From assembly GCF_001194135.2 (NCBI RefSeq), contig NC_068983.1, forward strand, positions 32,772,788 to 32,805,783: a stretch of 32,996 bases of DNA, read 5' to 3'. Numbering within the stretch: the first letter of the stretch is position 1; the number at the start of each line of letters is the position of its first letter. This DNA comes from Octopus bimaculoides (taxonomy: Eukaryota). The translations under genes and the position numbers were made by a program. The notes below the pieces were generated by a model. It saw nothing but the letters and a program-made list of their open reading frames with translations. It made no database searches and was not told the DNA's origin. Below, one piece after another: positions 21,306 through 32,870 of the stretch.

Positions 21306-22137
21306 AAATAAGAAGACAAAGAAAGACTTTAACACATCTTTGACCCGTGTGTGGAACCAGCTATCATAGTCGAAGGGAAAACCCTGAACTTCTTTGATAA
21401 GTTCACTACCCCGGTAGCATACTCTCCAGATCTGTGAATATTAACGACGAAGTCGATGCACACATCGCCGAGGGAAGTTCAGCATTCGGGCGGCTACGTG
21501 AATCAGTGTGGAAGAGGAAAGACATTAGGCCGGTCACCATCACGTTGAAGGTGTGCCAAACTGTTGTACTGCCTACACCACTGTACGACCGCGACAATTG
21601 GATAGCTTATGAACGCCACACTAAAAAGCTAAACAGCGTCCACATGAACTGCCTGGGAAAACTGCTGGAAATCACCTGGCAAAACAACGTCCCAGACACG
21701 GAGTTCCTCTCTCGATCTTATCTGCCAAGCATTTAGACGCTGCTGAGGAGAACACAAGTCGTGCGAGCAGGTCACCTTGTTCAAATGCCTGTAACACGAT
21801 TTCCCAAGAGACTTTCACAGAGAACTGGCGGAAGGCAAGCGCACTCAATTTGGACTGAAAAAGCGTTTCAAAGACACGCTCAAAGCATAACTGAAGAGCT
21901 TTGAGATCAACCCTGACACCTTGGAAACGCTAGCACAAGACCGCGCTGCCTGGTGATGCTGCACCAAGTGCTACCTCCTATGAACAGAATAAGATTGCAT
22001 GGGTACAAAGTTGACGCGAACCAATCAAGTCCAGAGCCAACTTCTCGGCTTCATCTACCAGCAGACTACCAGTGCCCGACCGGGTACACTTCGCCCCGCT
22101 TACTTCTCCTATGTGACATCCTTGGTCATCGTTGACC
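21306..22137 (+). mobile_element. RTE-clade LINE, 5'-truncated 3' fragment with stops and frameshifts
   Basis: VEPAIIVEGKTLNFFDKFT/PGSILSRSVNINDEVDAHIAEGSSAFGRLRESVWKRKDI..TLKVCQTVVLPTPLYDRDNW...NCLGKLLEITWQNNVPDTEFLSR..LPSI*TLLRRTQV..AGHLVQMP..RFPK.../..KKRFKDTLK...KSFEINPDTLETLAQDRAAW. Confidence 0.92.
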
Positions 22138-23657
22138 AAGTAAAGTCGCCCAGTTATATAGAACCACATTATACCTCTACTCCTCCAGTTATACATAACT
22201 TCTTTATATCGCTATGTTATAACTTCAGGCCCATACAATCATTGCCACACCAAATTCTTCCTTACCAGAAAGCTGGTTCTCAAGAATTCCCTTTCTTCTC
22301 ACGTCTTAGCAGTTATTGATTTGCAAATTTTCAAGCGAAACATTAATGGTATCAATCGCACAGGTGTAGGAAGGACTGGGAAATCCATGAGCACTGTTCT
22401 AACCTCACGAACCAGTAAATGAAAGAAAAAAAGGAAAAAAAAAGACTCATTTCTTAAATAGAATCGAGATTTAATTTCTAAACAATGCTCTCTGGTAATG
22501 AAAGGGATGTCAAGTAATTTTCCATTGACTTATTTAGGCGGATAGAAATATTTTAACTGAAACTAATGAAACACCTATTTATTACTGGCATCAATACTTG
22601 TCTGTGTTTAATAAATATAATGATATGAATTCACTACACTTCCGATAATTTTCTCCAAAAATGATGGCAACAGTTTCCAATTTACTCGTAAATGTTGATT
22701 TATGAACTGAGGATTTAGATAAGTCGAAAGATGGCTCAAATTGCTCTTCATTCAAAAATGCCAAGAAAATAAATAAAAATATCGAAATTATATAAAATTT
22801 TGCTTTTATATTTTTTCTATTTTCTAAGTAAGTAAACTTATCAGATTTTCTTTTCAAAATGGAGTGTAAAGTGAACATTACTCCAAACAAAATATTTTTT
22901 CTAATCAGTATTTTTTCCCGGTGTCTGTTGAGTATAGACGAAAATTTTAATGTTTATGTCGGTTACCAAAAAGAGCAAATTTAAGAAACACACAACCGGT
23001 GTGTAAAGATGTTCCAAAGACAATATATATATATATAAGTAGATGCAAAACTGTAACCTAAAACATGAAATATCCGTTCACTTTTATAAAGATACGTTTT
23101 GGCTTTAAAATGCCAATATCTATGTAATCATAGATTGATTGGACAGAGATATTTTATATCATGTTTGATGAAAGAGACCCAGCTTTAATGACAGGACATG
23201 AATCATTACCTTCGCTTGATTTCTAAAGAAAAGGAGAGAATAAGAAAAACTTGACGGAAAAGTCAATAACGAATAAACGAACTCATAAACACTTCATACC
23301 ACTGAAAAATTATGATCATCAGGCATGAAGATCGAACTGTCTGATTACATTGTGATTTAACAATTAGCCAGGACGTTTATATATTTATAAACCTGACTAT
23401 ATTAGTACTCTAGTGATTACTTTCGTCTGTCAAATTTGTGCGATTCAATACATGTGGGACTCTGAACATATGTTTAGAATTTTAATAAAAAATCCGTTAC
23501 CATCCTTCAGTATTTTCCGAATTCCGGTAAATTGTTAAGTGACAGTAAAAGTGGCCCGTTCTATCTAAATTTCAAGCTGCCCAAATTTCTTGGAGGGTCA
23601 AATTACACAGTGTATGTGTGCGTGTATGGGCGCGTGCGTGCGGATATGAGTCAAGTC

Positions 23658-23722
<65 letters not shown>
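23658..23722. repeat. (CA)n microsatellite
   Basis: Direct reading. Confidence 0.95.
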
Positions 23723-23725
<3 letters not shown>

Positions 23726-24159
23726 TACATTCGAGAAAATATGAACTGCAAAAAATATCAATGCTTCCCATAAAATATGGAGTAGATTTAAGATTCGATC
23801 AATAAACTGAAAATAGAAGAACGATTAATAATACGTAAGGAAACCGTCTTTTTTTAGATCTAGCGTAGAAATACCAGGGCAAAATGTGGGTAGTGAACAA
23901 GAGAAACCGAAGATCATTAATTCACCAAAGAAGTGCAACGTAGAAGTGCATGTTTGGTTCTATATGTACATACGTATATGTGTATCTATGTGTGCGCGCA
24001 TACATACATACATATGTGTACTTACATATGTACACACATACACACACACACACACACATATGTGTGTGTGTGTGTGCGTGTTTGTGTGTGTGAGTGCATG
24101 CGCGTGTGGGAGTAAATGTGTGTGTGTGCGTTTGAGAGAAATAGAAAGAGAGAGCCCAA

Positions 24160-24295
24160 GCGCGCTGTGCCGTGGTTAGGGCTTTTTCATCACAGTCATA
24201 ATTCTGTGTGTTTAATTCCTGAGCTGGGTGGCAGGTTATATTCGTGAGCAAGGCACTTAATTTCACGTTGCTGTAGTTTACTTAACAGAAGATGT
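24160..24295 (+). mobile_element. SINE family C (tRNA head plus CORE-like block)
   Basis: agcgcgctgtgccgtggttagggc...gtgtttaattcctgagc...gtgagcaaggcacttaatttcacgttgctgtagtttactt. Confidence 0.7.
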
Positions 24296-24610
24296 GTTCC
24301 TATCAAGTCCTAGTACGGATCTACCTCCCATAACTACCACTTAATGCATGTGCCGCTGAGATAAAATGTAGAAGAGCCAAGAGTGAAGCTGTTCGCTGAC
24401 GACTACATAACCACTTAAAGCAATTAACGAAAACACGGTAAATATTGCCAATGTATGATCATTCTGGGATGATGGCTGGGCATAAGTATAACTACCTACC
24501 TACCTACCTAAATATATTATATATATATATATATATATAAAGTGTAGTATATTGCCACTTAAGTGTGGCTGACCCCTAGGGGTGGATGTTACTGTTGCTT
24601 TTAGAGAATT

Positions 24611-24654
<44 letters not shown>

Positions 24655-24657
<3 letters not shown>

Positions 24658-24848
24658 TTGTGTATCTGTATTTGTCCTCCCACCATCGCTTGACAACCGA
24701 TGCTGTTGTGTTTATGTCCCCGTAACTTCGGCCAAAGAGACCGATAGAATAAGTACTAGGATAGAGTGAGTCCTGGGGTCGATTTGTTCGGCTAAACGCG
24801 GTGGTCCAGGATGGTCACAGTCAAATGACTGAAACAAATAAAAGAATA
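24655..24848 (+). mobile_element. SINE family B, 3' half following (TA)/(TG) microsatellite
   Basis: tgtatttgtcctcccaccatcgcttgacaaccgatgctg...gagaccgatagaataagtactagg...ggggtcgatttgttcggctaa...caaatgactgaaacaaataaaagaata; homologous to 1130-1320. Confidence 0.85.
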
Positions 24849-24857
24849 TATAGAGCA

Positions 24858-25120
24858 AGTAATCAGTAGTGAGTTCGATTCCGGGACCAGGCTGTGTGTT
24901 GTGGTCTTCAGCAAGACACTTTATTTCATGTTGGTGCAGTTCATTCATCTGCAGAAATGCGTTGCGACGTCACTGGTGCCACGCTGTATCGGCCCTTGCC
25001 TTTCCCTTGGACAACATGTGTGGCTTGGAGAGGGAGTGCTGGTATGCACGGGCGACTCCTGGTTTTCCGTGCCTCGGAGAGGAACTTTCTAGGTTCAAGG
25101 GATTCTATATAAGTAGTCAG
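24858..25120 (+). mobile_element. SINE family C with 3' body
   Basis: gagttcgattcc (B box) ...cagcaagacactttatttcatgttggtgcagttcattcatctgcagaaatg followed by a GC-rich 3' body. Confidence 0.75.
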
Positions 25121-25308
25121 GTAAATGCCATTAGTTAGGCAAAACAATAACAGTAGATAAAAAAAATATTTCGGAATAAGGCAAAATAAAATAAAAAGAA
25201 AGGAAATTTTCGATAAGAGGCTTACGAATATAAGAGTAGATAAATAAGTAGACATATAGATACATAAATACATCGAAAAATAGAAAGATAGATGGATAGC
25301 TAGCCAGA

Positions 25309-25341
25309 TGGGAAGATAGATGGATAGATAGACAGATAGAG

Positions 25342-25376
<35 letters not shown>
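25309..25376. repeat. (GATA)n microsatellite
   Basis: Direct reading. Confidence 0.95.
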
Positions 25377-25377
<1 letters not shown>

Positions 25378-25399
25378 TATCCTAAATATGACATATAGC

Positions 25400-25640
25400 C
25401 TTGAGCGAGCGCTGTTGTTGGGTGTTGTAGCTTACTTCTTGAGTGTTTTGAATCAAAGTTCTTCAAACTTTCGCTTTTCGCAATACTGACTAATGCCGAT
25501 CAATGCTCATCGAAGCAGTAAATGTGTTTCCATTGTGTTTCCATGTGGCTAAGCTCATTATAGAGGTTCAAGCTTGGTGATATTTCCCTAAAGAAGTGTG
25601 CCTCTCTAACTTGAGGTTGACGGCATCCATCACCCTCGTT
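25400..25640 (-). mobile_element. Possible very old RTE LINE 3' fragment
   Basis: Minus frame RQPQVREAHFFREISPSLNLYNELSH...SESLKNFDS loosely resembles RTE R.AQ.RWAGHV.RM...LLYGEL..G...SLK.F.I. Similarity is by eye only. Confidence 0.35.
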
Positions 25641-25885
25641 AGTGAAAAACAAATCCCCTTTACAGTGTTAGTGGTGTTGGAATACGGGGTGGGTGGCGTG
25701 GGCTTGTAGAAATGTTTCTTCACCTTGTGTTAAAGATGCGTGCGTGTTTGGTGTCTATGTGTGTATGCCTTTACCTGTATATGCGAGCGTGTGTGTGTAG
25801 CTGGAAAAAATTGTTCTTCTGCTAAATGACATTAGTACAGTTATATTTTATCCGTAATTATCCGTGTTTTAAAGCGTGAGGTTTA

Positions 25886-25960
25886 TACGAGGGTGAGTCA
25901 GAAAGTGATCCAATTTTCACTCGGTGAAATTTTTTAAGCGATTGTTACAGTTAACTCTAA
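25886..25960 (+). mobile_element. Solo mariner-type terminal inverted repeat
   Basis: TA-CGAGGGTGAGTCAGAAAGT resembles the TACGAGGG....TCAAAAAGT mariner TIR pattern. No inward-facing partner found. Confidence 0.45.
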
Positions 25961-26404
25961 GTACTGCCTAAATTTTCTTACATAATGCTGTGATTGTAGA
26001 TACTTGTGAAGACAACTAAGAAAACAGCATTTGATTCTGCTTTCAAGGTATTTAGAATATTAAGAAACCTTATGTAGATACTGTATTACCATAGTCTCTC
26101 ATATAATGAAAGCCAAGCTCGTTAGGATTTAGGAGATAGTTGGTCTCTATTAAATGTGTTGTTCTCGATCTCATCACCATTTTAAATCCTTTGATATAAG
26201 AGTAAAGAGATATTGAATTGTCCTTTACCTTCCATAAGAGACCTATTTGTGAAAATTAAGAAAGCATAATCGGATATAAAATATTCGCCTGCATAACAAG
26301 CACTGGTAAATTTTCTCTAGAGGTTATCGAGATGGAAGACAGGTGTGGCATTTACTCAATAATTTATTGATGCTAATCTGTGTTGCGTCCAGTTACGTTC
26401 AAAG

Positions 26405-26453
<49 letters not shown>

Positions 26454-26457
26454 TATG

Positions 26458-26845
26458 CCTTTAACCTCTTACCTGCTACAGTCATTGGGTTGCAGCCCCG
26501 CTGGAGCATCACTTTGAAGGGTTTTAGTCGAATAAATCGACCCTTGTACTTAGTTTTTAAAGTCTTTTATTTATTCTATTGCTTTGTTTGCAGAAACATC
26601 AAAAAAGCAACATCCGATATCAGGTGGTAATGGTGGTGAGGACAAACACAGACACACACACACGCATACACACACAAACAAACACACATACACACACATC
26701 TATATACGACAGTCTTCCACACAGTTTCCATCTATCAAATTCACTCATAAGGTTGGATCGGTCTGCGGCCATAGTAGAAGACGCTGAAATAGAGGCGCTG
26801 TGGGACTGAACTCGAAAGTACGTAGTTGCAAAGCGAGCTTTTTAA
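26458..26845 (-). mobile_element. SINE family B, near full length with internal microsatellite
   Basis: Reverse complement: gtggttaaaaagctcgctttgcaactacgtactttcgagttcagtcccac...gtcttctactatgg...gactgtcgtatata, (TG)n, tttgtcctcaccacc...gggtcgatttattcgactaa...gatgctccagc. Confidence 0.85.
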
Positions 26846-26849
26846 CCAC

Positions 26850-27042
26850 TTACACACACATACATATATGTATGTATGTGCACATACACACACACACACA
26901 CACATACACACACACACATGTATGCATATGTATACATACACACGTATGTATGTACATACACGTGTGTATGTATATGTACACACACACATGTATGTGTGTA
27001 TATGTATACATACATACATGTATATATGTATATCTACGCACA

Positions 27043-27080
<38 letters not shown>
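26850..27080. repeat. Long compound (CA)/(TA)/(TACA) low-complexity tract
   Basis: Direct reading; source of the HTHT/CVCV pseudo-ORFs. Confidence 0.95.
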
Positions 27081-27082
<2 letters not shown>

Positions 27083-27289
27083 TACCAATTCACATATATG
27101 ATGCCGACTCAGAGACTTCACAAAAAGAGACCCGTTACTATAACAACTTAACCAGCACAATAAGTCCATTCCTAGGCCACCATGGACTAAATCGGCAAAA
27201 CCTCTAGATTAAGAGGGTAAATCAGTCTAAATGCTCACAAACTCAGTAGAGTCAACAACCATCCAACGATCTTTTTCTCCCCTCTCCCT

Positions 27290-27408
27290 CTCTGTATGTA
27301 TGTATGTATGTGTGTTTGCATGTCTGTCTGTATGCATGCATGTATGTATGTATGTATGTATGTATGTATCTATCTATCTATCAACCTATCTATAATACAT
27401 ACATACAT

Positions 27409-27442
<34 letters not shown>
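27290..27442. repeat. Compound (TATG)/(TATC)/(TA)n microsatellite
   Basis: Direct reading. Confidence 0.95.
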
Positions 27443-27445
<3 letters not shown>

Positions 27446-28389
27446 TGAGAGAGTTGGTATGTGAAAGCACGTGGTTGGATGTATAAAAGACAAAATAGAG
27501 TGAAAAGCTACAGAAGGCTCGTGTTATATGGTTAAAGGATATATTTAAATTTATTGGCTAAACTGGCAATATGACCATCCCCAAATACAGCAACATATAT
27601 CTAAATAGTTATGTTAGAAAAATGTTATAAAATTTTCTGTAAAGTAACATTGTTTTTAGAGAAATGACCGGTTTCGTATTTTCTTTTCAAATTCCTCAAA
27701 TTTCTTTACCTATATTGTGTCATGTCTTCGCTAAGTTGTGAAATATGGTGTTTCAGACAGGGGAAGGTAATCGGAGATTTTTTCGGTATAAAGGAGATAA
27801 TCAAAATTGTTGGGAATGACTAGGTTTTGTTCGTTTAACATAATGTGGTTTAGAAGGAACAGAATGTTACAAGAATAATACTCTATAGTGAACATATTAA
27901 GAAATGCGCAAAGGAATTGCTACCTCAATTTGTAATCTTTCCATTCTATCAATATGCCATTGGAACACCAACACAAGTTAGATTAAATAAGGAAAATTAG
28001 ATTAAATAAGTGTGACGACGTTTTTCTCGTCTTACATCAGCATGATGTAGGTTCCACAAGACTAATTTGGATGCTTCGATATCAGAGTGACGCACGCAAT
28101 GACCAGGTAGTTGCAGCCGCCTTTGCCTAATCTTCTCAGGGTTTTAAGAAAGGTGGAGCAGCGGCGGGTCTCTCACTGCCTGGAAAGTTGCAACATTCAT
28201 TGCAGTGATGTTCGAAGTCTAAGGAGTGAAGTTTTGATAACATACTTTTGTATTCCTCTGTCAATATATGATTTCATGAGTGGAAAGTAGTTTCTCTGTA
28301 ATTTGAGCGCAGAAGCTGGATATACTCGATGGCGACAAAATATCAGCAATACATCTGTGTCAATATCAATATTAATATCAGCTTTCATC

Positions 28390-28390
28390 A

Positions 28391-28421
<31 letters not shown>

Positions 28422-28525
28422 AATCTAATCTTATTCTTTCTCCCTCTCCTTCTCTCTCTTCCTCCCTCTCTGAATACATACATACACACATATTTATGTA
28501 TATATATATGTATATATATACATAC

Positions 28526-28570
<45 letters not shown>
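28390..28570. repeat. Compound (TCTG)/(CT)/(TA)n microsatellite
   Basis: Direct reading. Confidence 0.9.
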
Positions 28571-28573
<3 letters not shown>

Positions 28574-28899
28574 TAGATACACCCACTGATACACACATTA
28601 TGTGGTATTGTTTCAACAAGTAGAGAGTGACTCGATCAGCTACGAGAGAAAAGATAATCTTAAGTAACCACAAATGTTGTAATTACAGCTACGCAGGGTT
28701 TCCTGGTCGAAATAATTATTTATTCCGCCATTTAACAAGCTGAGAACAAAACCGTTCGTCAGTTGTCGTTTGAATAACGTTTAAACAGGAGACGCTTGTA
28801 AAGAAAACGAAAAGGAAACCCACAAGGGAGATAACCTACGTTACTACAACTGTCAAGCATACGTAAACGAGATGTCAATGGTTTACTAAGTAAGTATCC

Positions 28900-28954
28900 A
28901 ATGGTCTACCTTTAAATTCTGACAAGATGTATTTCCTGGGTACCTCTAATTACA

Positions 28955-29000
<46 letters not shown>

Positions 29001-29725
29001 ACAAGTTGTCCATAGAAGCAAAAAAAAATTCCAGCGATCTTGGTTGAAACATACGAACCGAAAATCGGGTTGAACCAGAGGACATCCTGATTCCTATATC
29101 TGTTGTTAGTTTTATTTGATCGTGTGTGTTGCGCAGGATTGGAACAAGCAGTTGGATTATTATGTCGTGTGTGTCTATGAGTTGTCGTTGGTAGTTCATT
29201 GATATGACCAATTCTTCCTGGTTTGTATTCTTTATCTGAGTGAGTTCTCAAACCGTGACGCTGTGGTGGTATACAACGTGTATCACAGTTGGAGGAATTA
29301 CCAGTGTTGTGTATGCCTGCTTCTTGTATATATTGATTTTTCCACGGTACCCAGCCCTAGCTAGAGTAGTATTATAATAGGTTGCATTTGATTCGAAAAT
29401 TTTATTATTAGCCGATAATCTAGAAGTTCTTGTAGAAATATTCTTAACTAGTCCCCGTATAATCGAGGATGGATGGTTGGATGCTACGTTAATGTACCTA
29501 ATATGATAATTTGGTTTATGAAATGGTTCAAATAGTCCAGTATCAAGACAGAAGGTAGCATCAGGAAAATTCATTCTACGATAATCTTTACCTATAGTAA
29601 TGTCTAGTCCTAAATTTTTGAAAAGTCTAAAGAAATTTTTCCTGTGCCTTTCTAACTGTACTTTGCTACTTCTGCCCAGAAAAAAAGAAGGCGTCATCTC
29701 TATATAGACCCCTGTTACTTAAATT
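28900..29725 (-). mobile_element. Penelope-like element (Naiad-like) RT fragment from the catalytic motif to the thumb/linker
   Basis: GLYRDDA (29710-29690), /..QLERHRKNFFRLFKNLGLDITI...NFPDATFCLDTG.FEPFHKPN....YINVASNHPSSII..L..NISTR.SRLS.N..IF......Y...L..AGYR, /..DVLWFNPIFGSYVSTKIAGIFF. Interrupted by (TA)n at 28958-28998. Confidence 0.9.
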
Positions 29726-29772
29726 AGTATAGACAGCAGAGTGCAACATTTTACCAAAAATGAAAATTATAA

Positions 29773-29987
29773 TTGTCACTAAATACGACTAGGGTGTTAG
29801 AACACCTACATTGCAATAAATAAAAGTTAGAAGGCTCTAATACTGTAGTTAAAGCACATATTTGTATACTCGACCGTTGCTTTCAGGCGATTACAGTCCC
29901 TCTCAGTACGTATGTATACAATTATGTGCTTTAACTACAATATTAGAGCTTTTTAGCTCTTATTTCTAGCAATGTAGGTGTTGTAAT
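29773..29987. mobile_element. Foldback/MITE-like long inverted repeat, copy 1 (right arm truncated)
   Basis: Arms 29796-29869 and 29914-29987 are complementary (e.g. tgtagttaaagcacata/tatgtgctttaactaca; caccta-cattgc/gcaatgtaggtg) around a 44-nt spacer. Confidence 0.8.
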
Positions 29988-29988
29988 T

Positions 29989-30420
29989 CTTCTCTTCTTC
30001 TAGTCAGGTGTCGCACTATGCGATGCTGTGGTCATCACGATGTCTTGCCACCTTCTCCTGTCCTCTGTCCCATGGACAGCTGAGAATAAAGAAAATCCTG
30101 TGACTGCGATGTCTTTCAGCCAAGAAGTGGATGGTCTGCCTCTTTTACGTCTGCCGTTCACCTTACCAGTCATAATCGTTCGCTCAAGACAATCCAGGCA
30201 CATGACGTGGCCAAAGAACCGTAGCTTCTGCTTCATAATGCTTCGCCGAAGCGTCATCTCGCAATCGAGCTTTTCTAGTACCGAGTTGTTCCTCCTTCCT
30301 TCTGTCCACCTCACTCTAAGGATTCTGTGGTAATACCACATTTCAAAAGCACTCACTCTTTTCTCGTCTGCCTTCAACATTGTCCACGAATCGCAGCCGT
30401 ACGTCCACGCAGTCGAAGGC
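29989..30420 (-). mobile_element. RTE (BovB-like) LINE 3' end with (GAA)-type tail
   Basis: TYGCDSWTMLKADEKRVSAFEMWYYHRILRVRWTE...RKQKLRFFGHVM..DCLERTIMTGKVNGRRKRGRPSTSWLKDI...EDRRRWQDIV, stop at 30002-30000, then gaagaagagaa. Confidence 0.92.
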
Positions 30421-30584
30421 TTTAGAATAATAAGTCATGTATTATTATATATATATAGTTGTCACTAAATTTGACTAGGGTATTACAACACCGTTTCTCT
30501 ATTGCGACGTACGGTATTGTAATACCCTAGTCAAATTTAGTGACATTTATATATATAATAATATATGAATTATTATTCTAAAGC
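30419..30584. mobile_element. Foldback/MITE-like long inverted repeat, copy 2 (166 bp)
   Basis: gctttagaataataagtcatgtattattatatatata..tgtcactaaatttgactagggtattacaa / ttgtaataccctagtcaaatttagtgaca..tatatatataataatatatgaattattattctaaagc. Shares the tgtcactaaat..gactagggt..t.caacacc arm with copy 1. Confidence 0.85.
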
Positions 30585-30739
30585 AATTTTAAGAATAATA
30601 TTTGTCATTCACTGTTGCTGTCACTCTACTGATAGAGTAAATATATTGTGAAGATCAAATATATTGAAACTTCACACACACACGCACACACACAACATAC
30701 AAAAACTTATCTATATCTCGATCAAACTGTCCAACATTC

Positions 30740-30770
<31 letters not shown>

Positions 30771-30860
30771 TCTCTCAGGAAGTGTGTGTGTCGATGTCTG
30801 AGTGTGTTTGTGTGTATTTGTGTTTCTCTGTTCGGGTTTGTATGGGTGTACATGATATTA

Positions 30861-30898
<38 letters not shown>

Positions 30899-30900
30899 TT
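30740..30900. repeat. (CT)n, (GT)n and (TA)n microsatellites
   Basis: Direct reading. Confidence 0.9.
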
Positions 30901-32079
30901 GTATATACATATTGTATACACACACGCACTTTATATATGTGTGTATCTGTGTATTCTCGTCCACAGAGATACTTATTCAACATTCTCAGGTTTCAAGAAG
31001 GAAAAGCAATTATCTTACTAAGAGTGAAAAAGTGTAAGGTGCTGACGTTAGGTTAATTGAAACTATGAACTGGGCATAAGTTACTGGGAACATTATACCC
31101 TATGAAACAATGAAAATGACTGTTCTATACTTTTGTTTTGGTGTGTACTGATATAACATAATGAATAAAAATATAAATATATAAAATATAGTCATATATA
31201 CACGAATACATATACAATATATACAGGAGCACCATCGTTTCTCCGGTTTCTTTAGTTCTAAAGCCTTGACGGATTAACCTTTGCCAGAGTATTCTTGCTT
31301 ACACAATAATAGTTTATCAACAGATTTCTAACCATTTACTAATTACTAATTATGTACCGAAACACTACGATCCATGTTTTTCAACAGTTCTATTGTACCT
31401 TGGATCGATATGAATTGATATTTATTTTGCAATAATACTGACGCTATCAGTTCGAATATCAATAGTAACCATAATAAAGAGTAACTTTAAACTAACTAAA
31501 CACGGAATCTTGAAATTTTTGTATCGGAATGAACAAGTAATAATGTGTCGGCATTTACAAATAAATAATGCACGCACACAAGCGATACACACAGCGCCGC
31601 CTGTGACCGCACAGTGAACTAGACTGGTGATCATGAGCATTTAAGTGCATCCTCGTATGTCCGGAGAAAAGAAGTGCCCAACAATAAGCTGATAGAAAAA
31701 CGGTGTATACCTGAATATATATATATCTATATATTAGTGTTTTATATAAGGCTGACAAGTTGAATTAGATTCTTTATCCCTCGGCGACGGAATAATGGGT
31801 CACTGAGAAAGATCGATTAAATCTGAACTGAAATCAACCCTGATATGATTCCATCTCGCTTGTCGTTAAGAGGGAGCCTGTTTCCCTTGTCAGTCATTAG
31901 AAAAGTGTTCTCACGTGGCTAAGAGTTGTTTTGATTCATATTTCTAGCTATGCTGGTGCTTACTAGCACAATCCGTCACTTTAGTGGCATGTGTACTTGT
32001 TGCCCATCGGTTTTAAATTGCGAATAGAATAGCCACCTTAATAATATATATATATATATATATTGAGAGAGAGAGAGAT

Positions 32080-32254
32080 NNNNNNNNNNNNNNNNNNNNN
32101 NNNNNNNNNNNNNNNNNNNNNNNNNNNNNNNNNNNNNNNNNNNNNNNNNNNNNNNNNNNNNNNNNNNNNNNNNNNNNNNNNNNNNNNNNNNNNNNNNNNN
32201 NNNNNNNNNNNNNNNNNNNNNNNNNNNNNNNNNNNNNNNNNNNNNNNNNNNNNN
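32080..32254. other. Assembly gap
   Basis: Run of N after (TA)n(GA)n. Confidence 1.
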
Positions 32255-32719
32255 AAACATACATACAGAGTTCCGTAATTACCCACAAGTCAGGATAAAA
32301 ATGCACTCGTATATTTATCGATAGCGGGGTATATTAATCAAACCTTAGACTATTAGAGCCGTTGCAGTAGTTCTTTCCAAACGGTTTCACATCGGATACT
32401 AAGCTCGGATATTACGCAGCAATGTAACTTCAAGGTTAAATAATACTGGTTGCTCTTCAGAGGTGGTGCGTGTGGAAAATATATTACTATGCTACTTTTT
32501 ACATATCTGACATCTCTGTAAACACATGTTTTAAATTAACCGTACTGTTATGAAAACTCTGGTTTTAGTAACCAATACGAAACCAATTGGAAACATGGAC
32601 TGAAATAGTATGCTTATCTATCTATCTATCCCGATGAATGGATGGATGGATGGCTGGATAAATAGAGAAATAGACAGACACTCAGATAGATACATACATA
32701 CACTATAAATGTGCGTACG

Positions 32720-32833
32720 CGTCCGTGTGTGTGTGTGTGTGTGTGTGTTTGTGTGCAATGAAATATACATGTGTGCGCGCGCGCGTATGTATGTATGTAT
32801 GTATGTATGTATGTATGTATGTATGTATGTATG

Positions 32834-32868
<35 letters not shown>
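32720..32868. repeat. Compound (GT)n/(TATG)n/(TA)n microsatellite
   Basis: Direct reading. Confidence 0.95.

Positions 32869-32870
<2 letters not shown>

Noticed and set aside
23346-23613. Possible TA-flanked mariner-like ends (tacattgtg... / ...cacagtgta)
   Set aside because: Inverted similarity is too short and degenerate, and there is no coding remnant.
25630-25896. 10-bp inverted match tcaccctcgt / acgagggtga
   Set aside because: Faces outward, so it cannot delimit one mariner element.
1761-26845. tRNA-like A/B boxes
   Set aside because: They are SINE heads fused to SINE bodies, with no cloverleaf; not tRNA genes.
28010-28340. GC-richer tract resembling a LINE 5' UTR or endonuclease start (...DVRSLR...)
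   Set aside because: No alignable APE motifs by eye; needs a RepeatMasker/BLAST check.
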